Assembly: GCF_018350175.1 (NCBI RefSeq)
Contig: NC_058368.1
Coordinates: 191,954,001-192,018,000, forward strand
From: Felis catus
Lineage: Eukaryota
DNA length: 64,000 bases
Direction of reading: 5' to 3'
Notes under the pieces: generated by a model
Seen by the model: only the letters and a program-made list of their open reading frames with translations
Told to the model about the DNA's origin: nothing
The model's database searches: none
Program-made: the position numbers and the translations under genes
Part shown: positions 25,426 to 38,390 of the stretch, one piece after another
Layout: each line of letters starts with the position of its first letter
Numbering within the stretch: the first letter of the stretch is position 1

Positions 25426-27432
25426 TGCTCCACACACCATGCGAAACAAACAACTGAGTACAATGAGGATGGGGGGTGGTCAGAACCAGAAAATTATGTG
25501 CTCTGGAATGGGGTTCTAGAACTTGCATTCCCGACAAGTTCCCAGGGGACACCGATGTTGCTGATTTGGGATCACACTTTGACAAAAGCTGATTGACAGA
25601 CGGTGACCTGGAGAATGAATGTGGATGGGTGGAAGACAGAATGCACTGGAGAGAAAAAAGGGTTGCAATACTCAGAGCAGCTTCTGTGTGACGCACTCCC
25701 TACAACAATTTAGGACGCTGTGACCATCACCCTTTTACAGGTGAAGCACTTGGTGACCACGCCCCTGTCTTCTGGACTTTGGTCCTGTGGGATCCCAGGT
25801 TGGATGTCATACGTTCTAGGAAACTTCTCCCCAAATTCCTGGGCTTTGTGTTAGATGTACTCTGCAAGGCACCCATCACCTACCGAACAAGCATCAAGCT
25901 GCAGTAGGAAGGCAGGCTTCGCATGTGTTTCTTCTCCTATGAAATGTAAGACCTAAAATTAAGGTCCAATAATATGGGCCACCTTGACATCTGAAACAGG
26001 GAGGGCTTTGGATGGTCTGACCCCTACTTCCCCTCCCAAATGTGCTCCCACAGAGAAGGTCCTCCTTATCAAGGGGGACAAGACACACTTCCTGCTTATC
26101 CCTGAGAGGCAGGTTTCAGCTCCTTGCCAGCTCGTGGAATTATTCCAACAAGCCAATCACATCTTCCCATGGGAAACAGGGATCCCTCTACCCTCTTGAT
26201 ACTACAGAAGAAGCCTCCTACAGTCCCTGGTACATGAGTAACAACCTGCCACTGTTCTCATCCGTGCAGTGTCAGGTGTCCTGTCTTCAGCTATTCCCAC
26301 GACCTGAGGGTGGGAATCCTTCCCTCACCAACAGAGAAAGACCCTGGATGGTGAGTTCCATGTGAGGGGACTTTGTCCATCTTTTGGTCTTCTCCAGAAC
26401 CTTGTGTGTGCCCAGGGCATTGGAAGAGCAATTACAGACACATAGGATTGAATGGCTTCGAAACCTCACAACCACCCCCTGAAACTTTTTTTTTGACAAA
26501 TGGAGAAACTGAGGCTTAAGAGTTGATATGACTTACCAGGCCTGCTGGCTGCCAGCCCACAGCAGAGGGACAATGTCCATGGAGAGCACAGAGCTGCCCT
26601 TGCTGGGTGAGAAGATCCCTGGGGAAAGATCCATCCCTTCTGTGGACACCCTGCTGGACCAACTGTGCCACCGGCCAGGGGCTCAGCAGTCGCAGGGAGC
26701 TGCTCTGAGCAGTTCTCAGGTCGCCTTCTCTCTCTGCCTGAGCACACCTGAGAAATTGGGCCTGATGTGATGAAAAGATGCATTCTCAGAAGCCCTGTTC
26801 TGGGCACATGTGTGATTCCAGTCACACCAGAAGTAGCACCAAGTATGTTCTAGTGCTTAGAATCACAGGTGCCCTGTGTACCAGGGGTGATGCAGGATGG
26901 GGGGGGATGGGGGGACAAGGGGTCCACTCAGCACTTTCCAAGCTCATGTCGTAAAAATATTTCAGCAACAACCACACCCTCCACTTCGTGTGTCCAGCTC
27001 TGTGACAGGCTTATTATGTACCATGTGCCATCTAATCCTCACAGAAGAGCTAAGAGCAGGGGCACTGAGGACAAGAGGTCATGGAACACACTGTGTAGCA
27101 CAGCCACAGTTTGAACCCCGGATTCTGTGGCTCCCAAGTCTGTGCTGCAAATGTCCCCTCCATGTCCTAGGTATGATGGAGGAGGAACAAAGACCACAGA
27201 TAGCACAGCACCTTTCTTCTGAGACTTTACAGCCTACTCAGGGAAGAGACAATACTCACAGGGAAAAATAACTTAAGAGATCCTATACAGGACTGGTCTG
27301 ATAACATCAAAGGCGGGGTGGGAGTCACCTTCCCTACTATGGAAACACCAAACAGCCTCACACTGAAGATTTCCCTTTGGGGAAAAACATTAGTACAAAT
27401 CTCAAAGGCCCATTTAAAATACCATCAGTAAC

Positions 27433-27434
27433 AA

Positions 27435-27497
<63 letters not shown>

Positions 27498-27585
27498 AAT
27501 AAAATAAAATAAAATAAAATAAAATAAAATAAAATAAAATAAAATAAAATAAAATAAAATAAAATAAAATAAAATAAAATAAAAA
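27433..27585 (+). repeat. Compound (AAAT)n(AAAAT)n microsatellite
   Basis: Perfect tetramer array switching to a pentamer array; flanked by direct repeat ATACCATCAGT. Confidence 0.97.
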
Positions 27586-27699
27586 CCATACCATCAGTCA
27601 TATAAGGAACTAACGTATAAGAGGGTTTTTCCTACAGACCCCACCCTGCTAAGTGTTTCTATGGAAAATGGAAGATCCATTTGGAGCAATCTTTTCTTT

Positions 27700-27865
27700 C
27701 ATTTGTCAAGGGCTCCATTATGTACCAGGCATTGTGCTAAGGGCTTTAATACATGTATATTCTCAGAATAACTTGAAGAGATCATGGTCATATCTGTTCC
27801 ATTTTACAGATAAGAGAGCTGAGGCAGACAGATTAAGCCTGGATTTTCAAACTGAAGTCTGTGAC
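27700..27865 (-). mobile_element. MIR
   Basis: TATGTACCAGGCATTGTGCTAAG...CCATTTTACAGATAAGAGAGCTGAGGC. Confidence 0.75.
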
Positions 27866-27869
27866 TCAT

Positions 27870-28134
27870 TAGTAGGATATAAATTATTTTACCAGGTCAC
27901 GGTAAGCATTGTTTTAAATGAGTATACAGGAGAGGGCATGGGAGGGGAATGAGACAGGACAGAACAGAATGGTAACCGTATGTAAGTATTACTTCTTCTG
28001 TTTTATTTAAGGACATGTGTGTGTGTGTGTATGTGTGTACAATGCATAGTATTGTAATATACTACTTCATGCTATTATAATACTATGGTAAAACACCGGA
28101 GCCGTGGGGCTCTGTGAAAGGTTTGAAAGCCACT
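27870..28134. mobile_element. hAT-Charlie relic (Charlie4-like)
   Basis: Terminal TTTGAAAGCCACTG, internal GTAAGTATT and (TG)n as recalled for Charlie4 derivatives. Confidence 0.45.
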
Positions 28135-28236
28135 GGGTTAACTAACTTGATGGAGGTTACAAGTCTAGAGATTTGTGAAGTCAGGGTTCAAACTGACATC
28201 GTCTTTTTCCAGAGCCTATACTCTTGACCTCTAAAC

Positions 28237-29648
28237 CAGTGCTGTCCAATAAAAATATTTAAAAGACCCACACATGCAATTTAAAATTTTTTGGTAAGCA
28301 CATTTAAAGAAGCCACATTTAAAAGTTACTAAAATTAATTTTAATATTTTTTGATATTGTGTTACATAGAATGTATTATCATTTCAACATGTAAAAATTA
28401 ATTTTGAAATTAAGTCAATACAAATGGAGTTGTTTGGATCTCCAAAGGCAAGGGAAGTAAAAGCAAAAATGAACTATTGGGACTTCATCAAGATAAAAAG
28501 CTTCTGCACAGCAAAGGAAACAATCAACAAAACTAAAAGGAAACTGAAATAACAGAAGATATTTGCAAATGACAGATCAGATAAAGGGTTAGTATCCAAA
28601 ATCTATAAAGAACTTACCAAACTCAACACCCACAAAACAAATAATCCAGTCAAGAAATGGGCAAAGACATGAATAGACACTTTTCCAAAGAAGACATCTA
28701 GATGGCCAACAGCCACATGAAAAGATGCTCAACATCACTCATCATCAGGGAAATAAAAATCAAAACCACACTGAGATACCACCTCACACCAGTCAGAGTG
28801 GCTAAAATTAACAACTCAGGAAAGAACAGATGTTGGTGAGGATGTGGAGAAATGGGAACCCTCTTGCACTGTTGGTGGGAATGCAACCTGGTGTAGCCAC
28901 TCTGGAAAACACTGTGGAGCTTCCACAAAAATCTAAAAGTAGAACTACCCTATGACACAGCAATAGCACTACCAGGAATTTATCCAAAGGATACAGGAGT
29001 GCTGATTCACAGGGGCACTTGTACCTAAATGTTTATTGCAGCACTTTCAACAATAGCCAAATCATGGGAAAAGCCCAAATGTCTATCAACTGATGAATGG
29101 ATAAAGAAGATGTGGTTTATATAAGTATACAATGGAAGGAGAAAGAATGAAATCCTGCCATTTGCAGCAACATGGATGGAACTGGAGAGTATTATGCTAA
29201 ATGAAATCAGTCAAAGAAAGACAGATACCATGTTTTCACTCATATGTGGGTCCTGAGAAACTTAACAGAAGACCAAGGGGGGGGGGAGGGAAGGGGAAAA
29301 AAAGTTACAGAGAGGGAGGGAGGCAAACCATAAGAGACTCTGGGACACTGAGAACAAACTGAGGGTTGATGGGAGGTGGGGTAGAGGGGAAAGTGGGTGA
29401 TGGACATTGAGGAGGGCACTTGTTGGGATGAGCACTGGGTGTTGTATGGAAACCAATCTGACAAGAAACTATTTTTTAAAAAATGGAGTTGTTTGGGAGT
29501 TGTTTTTGTTTTCTTACCTTTTTCTGGACCAAGTCCAGGAAATCTGCTGTTTGTTTTACACTTGCCAGCACATCTCAGTTCAGACATGCCCTCCTTCAAG
29601 TGCTCAGTAGCCACATAAGACTAGTGGCTAACATATTGGGCAAGAGCT
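28237..29648 (+). mobile_element. MER33 (hAT-Charlie) split by an L1 insertion
   Basis: Left end CAGTGCTGTCCAATA; right part CAAGTGCTCAGTAGCCACAT..GACTAGTGGCTAACATATTGG; 8-bp TSD CTCTAAAC (28229-28236) / CTCTCAAC (29649-29656). Confidence 0.85.
28438..29480 (+). mobile_element. 5'-truncated felid-type L1 (ORF2 C-terminus plus 3'UTR)
   Basis: ORF2-like sequence with stops and an L1 3'UTR; perfect 16-bp TSD AAATGGAGTTGTTTGG at 28422-28437 and 29481-29496. Confidence 0.97.
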
Positions 29649-30674
29649 CTCTCAACTACACTACCTCTAATATCCCTTTTGACACTGGGCCCTCATCCTT
29701 AGATCTTACCGCAGAGGAAGTTTTCCTGCCCTATTCTGTCCACCCCTGCAAACGTCTAGTGGCCTCTTCCACAAAGCTCCAGAACATCTAAACCCCAAAC
29801 CCAATGTCCATTTGAGCTATTTCTTTCTACTTCCCTCGGCACCTGTTTGATTTCACATCCTTGCTAGACCATCAAGGAGAAGAACTGGTAGGAAAAGGAC
29901 CCCACAGCAAAGACCTGCTGGAGCGGGGTGAGGACAAAGGCCCTAAACAATAGGAACTTGTGTGGGGTGATGGCCTGACCGTGCTGCTGGCAAAACCGCA
30001 GGCCCGTTGGCAGCTTAACACCAGCTTTAAGAAGCACATCCTCCTATTCAGCTTTTCAGAGACACACTTGATCCTTCACACTCAGCCCTGACAGAAATCA
30101 GCTGACCTTACCTCCACATCTTTGCCAAAATAAGCTGACTGCAGAAATGCAAAAAGACTGGCATCTGGAGAGTCATTAGAAGAGGCAACAGCTACCTAGT
30201 GACTTCAGAACCACCCATTAGATAATCTGATAAATACCAGACATAAATATGCCGTAATGATGGTTGGTAAGCTTGAAGCCCCGGATAGCCATTACCCGGC
30301 ATGCTCACTGCTCCTGTGAGGGGAGAGAGAGGTCTTTGCACAGACACAAAGAAAGGCTAGGCTCATTGCCCAGCAACAGTCAGAGCCGGGAAGACAGAGC
30401 AGACAGCTTCAGGCTCTTCTCATTCTCCCATGGACCCCACTGCCATCTCCTGAGGAAGAGTGATTTTCAGTCCACCCATTTGGTTTCCAAAACCTCTCCA
30501 GAGAATGCTGAATAGAAGGAGGACTCAGGGGGAGGAAAATGAAATAGGGGCTGGGAGAAAACGATTAGGCACTTTTGCACGCATGGTGTGGCACCAATCT
30601 TGGGACCACGAAATGAAATTTAAGTCTGTGGGGTATTTGTTCATGGCCCTTGAAGGGATGGAGAGCTCTTCGAT

Positions 30675-30905
30675 CATTCACTGGCTTCCTATTCAGTGAG
30701 CACCTACCATGTGCAAGGCACTCCATCTGGGTTCCAGGCACTCAAAGATATTCTGCCTGCCCTCTTTACATCCTGGAGCTTGATATGCCAGCCAACAAAA
30801 TAGGATACCAAGAATACAGCATAGCAGGGGACACAACAGAGGTGTCAACCAAGCACAATAGAGGCCTGGAGGAAGGAATCATGAACATGCTTGGAAAGTG
30901 TCAGG
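30675..30905 (-). mobile_element. L2 3' fragment
   Basis: CATTCA...TATTCAGTGAGCACCTACCATGTGCAAGGCAC...CTGCCCTC. Confidence 0.6.
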
Positions 30906-31080
30906 GATGGATAACTAGCGCCCATGAGATAGATAGCTCTTTACAACTTACAGAAGCTTCTCAGGAGCATTCCATTCAAGTCTTATGGTATTTACTAGGT
31001 CCAGTAGGATGTACATTTCATCACTTAGGAAATGGAGGCTCAGACATCAAGGTACTCATTTATAAGATGGGGGAAGAAAC

Positions 31081-31273
31081 AGGGCATCTGGGTGGCTCAG
31101 TCAGTTGAGCGTGGGATCTTGATTTCAGCTCAGGTCATGATCCTAGGGTCATGGTATCAAGCCCTGAGTCAGGCTCCATGCTTGGTACGGAACCTGTTTG
31201 AGATTCTCTCCCTCTGCTTCTACTTCTCTCTCTCTCTCTCTCTCTCTCTCAAAAAAATAAAGTTTTAAAAAAA
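31081..31273 (+). mobile_element. Can-SINE (older subfamily)
   Basis: GGGCATCTGGGTGGCTCAGTCAGTTGAGC...CTTGATTTCAGCTCAGGTCATGAT, (CT)n, A tail. Confidence 0.93.
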
Positions 31274-32219
31274 GGTTACAATGGTGACTTTTTTTTAGTG
31301 TGAATTTCACCCTGGAAACAAACTTAGCAGTCTATGTGGCTCTTTGAAAAAGCTGGTTTCAGTAGGTTTGTGTTTATCACAATTAAAAGTTGCTGACATA
31401 AGTGATTATGTTAAATGTCTTATCCAGGGCACATGATGCATAGAGTCCAGGGCCTGGACACAACTTGTGTCTGGTCACCTGCTGACCTAGCTTTTTCTCC
31501 TCCACACCATGCCCTCACTTAACATGGACGATGGAAGGCTTTTGCAACTCATCAACAGACAGTTGGCTTCTTCCCCAAACCTGCCCATAGGTGGGGAGCA
31601 TCCACCCAAGTGTATTTATTTTAGGTCCTGTCAGCAGACACCAGACTTTATTAAAAGGATGTTAGCAAGCTTCTTTGCTTCCCTGATTTTGTGAGAATTC
31701 TTAATGACTCCAATGTGCATATGTCATTTTTCAACAAAATCTAATTTCCAGAGAAGGAACATTTGATGCTCTTGAAATGTATCACTCTTCATTTTGCTCC
31801 ATGGCACATGCTGGACACATTACTCAGTCATTTGTCATATCTCCCCTCACCTACTCCATTCAGGTACAGAGTTAGGTACATCATCCACAGAGGCAGAAAA
31901 ATCAGTGAGGTGCTAGGATAAAACCTGGGCCAATGTGGCAGAAACTTCCTGATCTTGTGTTTCACAGAATCTTGGATCAATAAGAGACCTTGAAACTTTT
32001 AAGTCACAGAACTTTTGCAGTAAAAAACAAAACCCTTAAGCTTTGATTTAACTATGAAGGTTGAATGATAATTTATAGCCAGTGATTCTTGTTGTTAGAG
32101 CTTAAATAATAATATAAATAGCCTAAAGTTTAGAGAAGCAAAGATGGTGGGGTGGTTATATACTCCCTACTTTCAAGTTGCTTATAAGATAGGGTGTGTG
32201 TTCAAGTCTGTGGTACAAT

Positions 32220-32385
32220 ACTTGGTTCACATTTTACATGCATTACCTCACATCGTGGGGGTAGTCCTCCTTTTACAGATGAAGAAACTGAAGCTCAGCA
32301 GTTTCCATGATGTACACGAAGGTCCAACATTAAGTTAGTGAAGAAGACAGGTATGATATCAAAGCCCATACTCTAAACCACCATG
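32220..32385 (-). mobile_element. MIR
   Basis: TTTTACAGATGAAGAAACTGAAGCTCAG core. Confidence 0.7.
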
Positions 32386-32869
32386 ATGGAATAGAATGAT
32401 TACATAATAATGTTTTAGAGTCACATATTGAGTGGAAGATTTAATGCTTTACAGCACCTTATAATTTTCAGAAACTTCACACTTGGAATACATTCATACA
32501 GACATTAAGAGCTAAAAGACTTCTGAGATGAGAGAGATGATCAAGGGCTGTAACCAATGGGTAACATTTCATAGATGAGGTGGGCTTTGAAGGATAGCTT
32601 GTATTTTAGTAATTAACAAGAGAGCAAAGGGCAGCATGGGATTGGGGAAAGAACAAAGGTGAAAGCATGGTGGAGGGGTGGTGGTGACAAATAGCTGGCT
32701 AGGGTGATACAGGATTCTCTTAATTCCCAACATGGAATACAGTAAGTATCACAAAGAGCTTTGCTTTGGGGATCCCTTCCTCATGGAAAACTAACAACAA
32801 TAACAATAATAATACTATCACCATTCACTGGGCAATTTATAGGTGAGCTAATCACAGTGCAAAGCACTA

Positions 32870-33308
32870 CTGGTAACTATCTGCTTGGGTTAACCTCCTC
32901 TGGTAACCAAACACAACACCCATCTGGATGATTACATGCACACATTTGCAGGCCATATGGTCCTCTCTGAGCTGAATCCAACCCTAGCTCATAGGCGAGC
33001 CATGTGACCCAAACCTACACCAATTGGAACATCATATATTAGCAGAACCTGGCCTTGATACTGATTCAAAGATGAACATGATGCCAGTTAGAGCCAATAA
33101 TATGACTTTTTCCCTGAACAGATATAGGGGTTGGAGCTACTGCTGCCATCTTGCTGAAGAGATGCAAAGTTTGCGTAACACTGTTGGAGATCTGAATACC
33201 GTCCTACTTCTGAACTTCACTTCAGTCAACAGTAAACTGCCTCTTGGCTCATGCTGGTTTGGGTCAGGTTTTTGGTTACTCTTAAATTAAGAAGTCCTAA
33301 TCAACATA
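32870..33308 (+). mobile_element. MaLR solo LTR (MLT1K/L-like) inserted into a minus-strand MIR
   Basis: CATGTGACCCAA..CCAAT, GCTGCCATCTTG, CTGGTTTGGGTCAGGTTTT...GTCCTAA; MIR halves at ~32810-32868 and ~33310-33480. Confidence 0.6.
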
Positions 33309-36300
33309 AGCATGTAAACGAACCTCATTTAACCCTCCCAACAATACCATGAGGTAAATGTTAACAGGTATCGTCCCCCTCTTTTTGAGATAAGTGGTTG
33401 AGGCACAGGGAGGTCAAGCCACCAGCCGGCTGGTGGAGGCAAGTGTGGTTCTAGAGCCAACACTCCCAATCACCATACCAGCTGGCTGGAGTCTAGCTCT
33501 GCTCTTATGAAACAGGACTCTCCACAAGCTGAAAATAAGTCTTTCCACTCAAAATAATTCTGAAGGCTTAAAATACCTTAGAGGGTGTAAATTTTCTCAA
33601 GCTCCTTTAGGTTTGCAACGATCCCTTTTTGGCTTCAGTTGTCTCCCTGAAAAGAATCATTTAAGCAATAAAAATGCCTCTCCACGAGTCATCCTTCAAC
33701 TGCTGATACTTCACGTTCTCAAAAATTACGGATAAAAATAACAATGCACAGCAGCAAAGACTACACGGCCGCTGGAATGGACAGAAGGGAAGAAGAAGTC
33801 CTGACCCAGTGTTTTATGTGTCAGCATATAAGAAGTTTGGATCGACACTTAATAATTCTCAAAGTCTGTTTCTTAATCAAAGTGTACTTTTGTTTACCAT
33901 ACATACACAAAAAAAGTCCTGGACTTGTGGCATGGGTAGCAACAGCTGCTCCTTCCTGAATGCCTTGAAAATTCGAAAATAAAATTAAATAATTACTAGC
34001 TAGGATGATAGTTTGATGTGCCTCCCTCATCTGGGCAATTTTCTTTGTTCAGTTTCCCAGCAATTTGCCAGAGGCTTGGGAACCCTTCAATGCCAGAATA
34101 AGCAGTAGTCTTGAAACAGCAAAAGGAAGGAGACTGCGCCAGGTTATGCCCACAGCCTCAAATAACTCTAAGTCCCATTGGTATACCCAGGGAGCATCGA
34201 AGGTACACTCCAGCCATGAATTTGCTGGGCTTAATCAGTGTAATGGAGGCAAAGGGCTGGCAGATGGGAGCAAGAGAGTAGAGTCCTAGTTCACACTGCC
34301 TTTAACTTTGAGTCCCATGCTACCAATTATAAAATGGCAAACGAAGACTGTAGGACTTTGTTGGATTCATTAAATAAAAAGGTTATATACATAGTGAATG
34401 GAAGCATGGGCTTTGGAATCACAAAGAGTTGGATTGACAGCTCACCTGTGACTCCATATATGCTACCCTGATCAAGTCATTTACTCTCACAGGCCTCAGT
34501 TCTTAGGACTATTGCTAGGGTTAAATGAGAATATCCACTGAGCACAGTCTCTCTCCCAGCATTAGGGGAAATTAAAGTTAACCATCACTATTTTACTAGC
34601 ACTATTAATCAAGTTTAAAATTCTGTGTGATTGCAAGGGCAATAATGCCCTTCCCACCAAAAGCTGTATCTGAATGCTTCTTGAAATATGTTAACAATGT
34701 AAAGATTTGACCTTCACAAACAATGGTTTTTGTTTTGTTTTTATTAATATTCTTACCAAAATGCAGAAATGTGAGTGTATCTGAATAGTCCCAAGCACAT
34801 GCCGACAGTATAAAGGCTTGGCTTCAATTTGATGAATGTGGAACTTTGGGTGCTGACAGAATGGCAGTTTAGACAAACTCCAGCACATATGCCAAGCCTG
34901 GCCACTCTCCAACATCACCCTTCACCACTGCCTTTAAGGGGATCTTTCAAGAAACTTAACTCTTCAGTCACACATTAAATCATAGCCATTCACTCTCAAG
35001 GTCCATCCACTGTCATTTGGATCTTGTCCAAATGATTAGGAGAAAACATATTTTGTCATCCACAGGTCTGCTGCCTAAGAGTACTTCTGGCAAACCTCAG
35101 GACTCACAGAAGCTGCCAAAAATCTTCATTTTTGATCAGATGGTTTGAAATTCCCAAGGCAGGGAACCTGGCATGGGATGTGGCACTATCAGAGAAATCA
35201 GACAAATTGAGTATTTGTAGCTGTAGATACAGTGGTTCCATTGGCCTCAAGGTAGCATCCTCCAAATGAGTCTGTGCTTGGTTACAGTAACCCATACAGA
35301 TCTCTCAAATCTCTGAAACTCAGCAGCTCTCAGTGTCTGTACCTTACAATTGAATGCATAATGGTATGTCCCGTGGTAGTAGTCTGATGGTCTTACAAGT
35401 TTCCCAGTTGAGTAGAAAGAATATTAGAACAGGAATCCAGGTACCAAGTTCCAGCCCCATGGGCATGGGCATGTACAACAGCCATGTAGTTGTGCCACAT
35501 GGATCCCTCTTCAAGAAGGGACTTAGCACTCAGGTGCAAGGACTATACTTGTCTGACAGCCTGGAACGACAGCAGCTTCAGGATCCACTTTTGAGCCAAG
35601 AACATGACACTTTTCCTGGACAGTCTGCAGTCAGTGATTGAACACGGTGAGAGTAGGAGGGTCCAGACACCACTTCTCAACATGGTACTTCTCTAATGTG
35701 CTGCCTGTGCTCTGGGGCCCCTTACCTCTGGCAGATACTCACTGTGGTCTGAAACTTTCACTCCCCCAAAACCTGCTTCCTCTACTTTTCCTTTCATAGT
35801 TCAAAGATCAACACAAGGATCTGGAACTCTCCCTAAATGATCTGCTTCCTCCTTGCATTTTTCATCATTGTTAGCAACTGCTTGGGCTCTGAACTCAGTT
35901 TAAGTGTCTCTGTCCTGGAACTGACACAGGAACAACTCGTCTAAATCTCTGTGGACTTTTCTTTTAAAGCAAGCATAGGAATAATCAAGGGGAGGGGAGA
36001 AATAAAGAAGGAGACAGTAGTTTTGCAGGAAAATACCTTAAGGTATAAACAGAGCCTCCTCACCACAATTTCTCTACACCCTCCAAGCCCTCTCCCCACC
36101 ACCATTTACACCAAGGAATTCTTTATAACAGGGGATGGCTGATAGGGCACAAACACAGAAATACAGAGAAGCTGTTTCAGTTTCTAAGGCATAGCTTTTG
36201 AGACCTAAGAGCCAAGATTTTTGATTCACACATGTACGCCCTAAAGCACTAGGCACAAAATTTGTGCCCTACAATAAAAAAAAAAGTGAAAGAAAAAAAG

Positions 36301-36834
36301 TGCTGCACTTAGTGATCCTCTACATAAGGACAGAACAGAATGAGAAGAGACTACAAAGGGGAGGAGGGAGAGATCAGTGGAGCTTGGCATTGAAGGGGTT
36401 GAGCCTGGAAGAGCCACCTGATGATGTCATCACTGTCACCAACATGGATCATGGAGCTTCCCTTCAAGAAAACAATCATCTTCCCTCAGCCCTTAGAGCC
36501 CCAACCCACTGACCTCCCAGTCCCTGTGTGGGTTATCCTCTGCATGGCCAATGCCAAGGGGCTTTCATAAGTTATCCTTGCTCAGAGACAACTCCTACTG
36601 ATCATAGTCACAGGAATGTCCCTCTCTGGACCTTGAGACTTGGCTCAATCTCCATGCAACCTACCCCCCCACACACAGACAACCTCTTTCTCACCATCTC
36701 AGGAGTACTCATCACCAGCCCACAGCTTCCTGAGACAAAGGTAAACTCTAAATACCTTGAAGAATGGTGCTAAGGGGTAGTGTGGCAAGAAAAGCCATCA
36801 GCACCCCAAAATAACACAGTGAATGAACAGAAAT

Positions 36835-37060
36835 AGTAATAATAACAACTATTTTATTTAGTTCTGTATATATCTGAATACCTGCCAGGCTCTACAAGCT
36901 GTTCATTCCAGATATAACCCCATGAAACCTCACGACAACCCAATGAGGTAGGTAACAATATTGTCCCCATTGTATAGTCAAGGTAACCAAGGTTCAGCGA
37001 TTTGCCCAGACTCGCTCAACTGGAAGTGGAACAGCAGGGGTGTACTTAATTCAGATCCTT
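36835..37060 (-). mobile_element. MIR
   Basis: CTCACGACAACCCAATGAGGTAGGTA...CCCCATTGTATAG. Confidence 0.7.
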
Positions 37061-38169
37061 TCCCAACTATCAAACTGTCCGTCTGCAAGACAAGAAATGT
37101 CTTAGACTCTTCCTCCTCCTCCCTCTCTCCTATCACTATCAGCCTGGTACTACACAGCTAGAAGATTCTAGATAAATAGTTCATGCTTTGACCAACCGAT
37201 TTACACATTTTCCCCTCAGAGAAGAAAAAAAGAAAACTGCTCGAAATGTGTATCTCCATTTTCTCCACACCCGTAGAATTCCTGGTACATCTGCCTGGAA
37301 GGAGGTGGGAGGCAGTGAGTGTACATCCACACACGAGATTTTATCTCAGTCTTTTCATTTCATTTGACAGGAGAAATACTGATTAAAATCTGCCGCACAT
37401 GTCACAAAAAGGTAACTGGGTTCTTCATTTTTTTCTGTGCAGAGGCAGCCACAACTATACTTCAGGAGGTAACTCTTCATGCATAAAATTACTAATAGAC
37501 ACCATCTATCTGATGAATGTCTTCTCCTTAATAATTTATATCACTTGATCTATTTTCAAAGGTTAGTCTTACATTAAAATTACAATTTTGAGTAGGTCAG
37601 CCTGTTATTTAAGGATAAATTATTTCACCCCTTCATGTTACTGTTGTGTTTGGATAATGATGAGGTTTTTATTTCTAGCCCCAGTGAAACCATGGAAGGA
37701 ATTGCTTTCTTGATCTAACCTCTCTCACCCTGAATCTTATTCCTTGATTCATGCTGACTCACTGCCCAGAACTAGCCTGCGTGTTTTAAGACACCGTATT
37801 CACATTCTTGTCTTCTTGCTACTTATCTACATTTCTCTCCTCTCTCACCTGTCCCCACTTTTGTTCCTCACCCCACTTTCCCAACTGAAGGACAACCCAT
37901 TCTCTCACCCATTCTCAACCCAGGCTCTCTCACTGCTCACAGAGCCCTGTACTTGTGTCGTCACTGTCCAGTCCCTTCCAAAGAGGGAATACCTCTGAAG
38001 AAGATCCACACAGTGCTTCCTAGACTCTGACTCATCACTCATTTAGCAAATAAGAAAGGAGAAGCTCTTTAGTTAGTGGAAAGAAGACCAAAGAGAGGCT
38101 AGTGTGAATCTCCTACGATCCAGTCCAGCAGGTCCACCACTGCTGGTGTTCATTCCCTCCACATGATGG

Positions 38170-38390
38170 AAAGAAGGCAGGCTATGAAGTGAGCTAGTCC
38201 TGGGTTCAAATTCAACATTCCTCACTACTTAGCAGTAGGAGCCAAAACAATCTGAGCCAGCTTCTTTTAAGAAATGAGGATGGTTAATACCTTACTCAGG
38301 CTCATTGTGAGTTAACAAGTTAAAATAGGGAAAATATCCTATGTAATGCTAACATGTTAGGTGAAAGTTAATAAAAGTTTGTTAAATGAG
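38170..38390 (+). mobile_element. MIR
   Basis: CCTGGGTTCAAATTC...CACTACTTAGCAG...AAATGAGGATGGTTAATACCT. Confidence 0.55.

Noticed and set aside
30650..31108. Longest ORF (152 aa)
   Set aside because: It runs through an antisense L2 relic into a SINE, has a non-ATG start, and shows no recognisable domain.
35330..36720. Possible decayed LTR fragments
   Set aside because: The resemblance is too weak to assign a family or boundaries.
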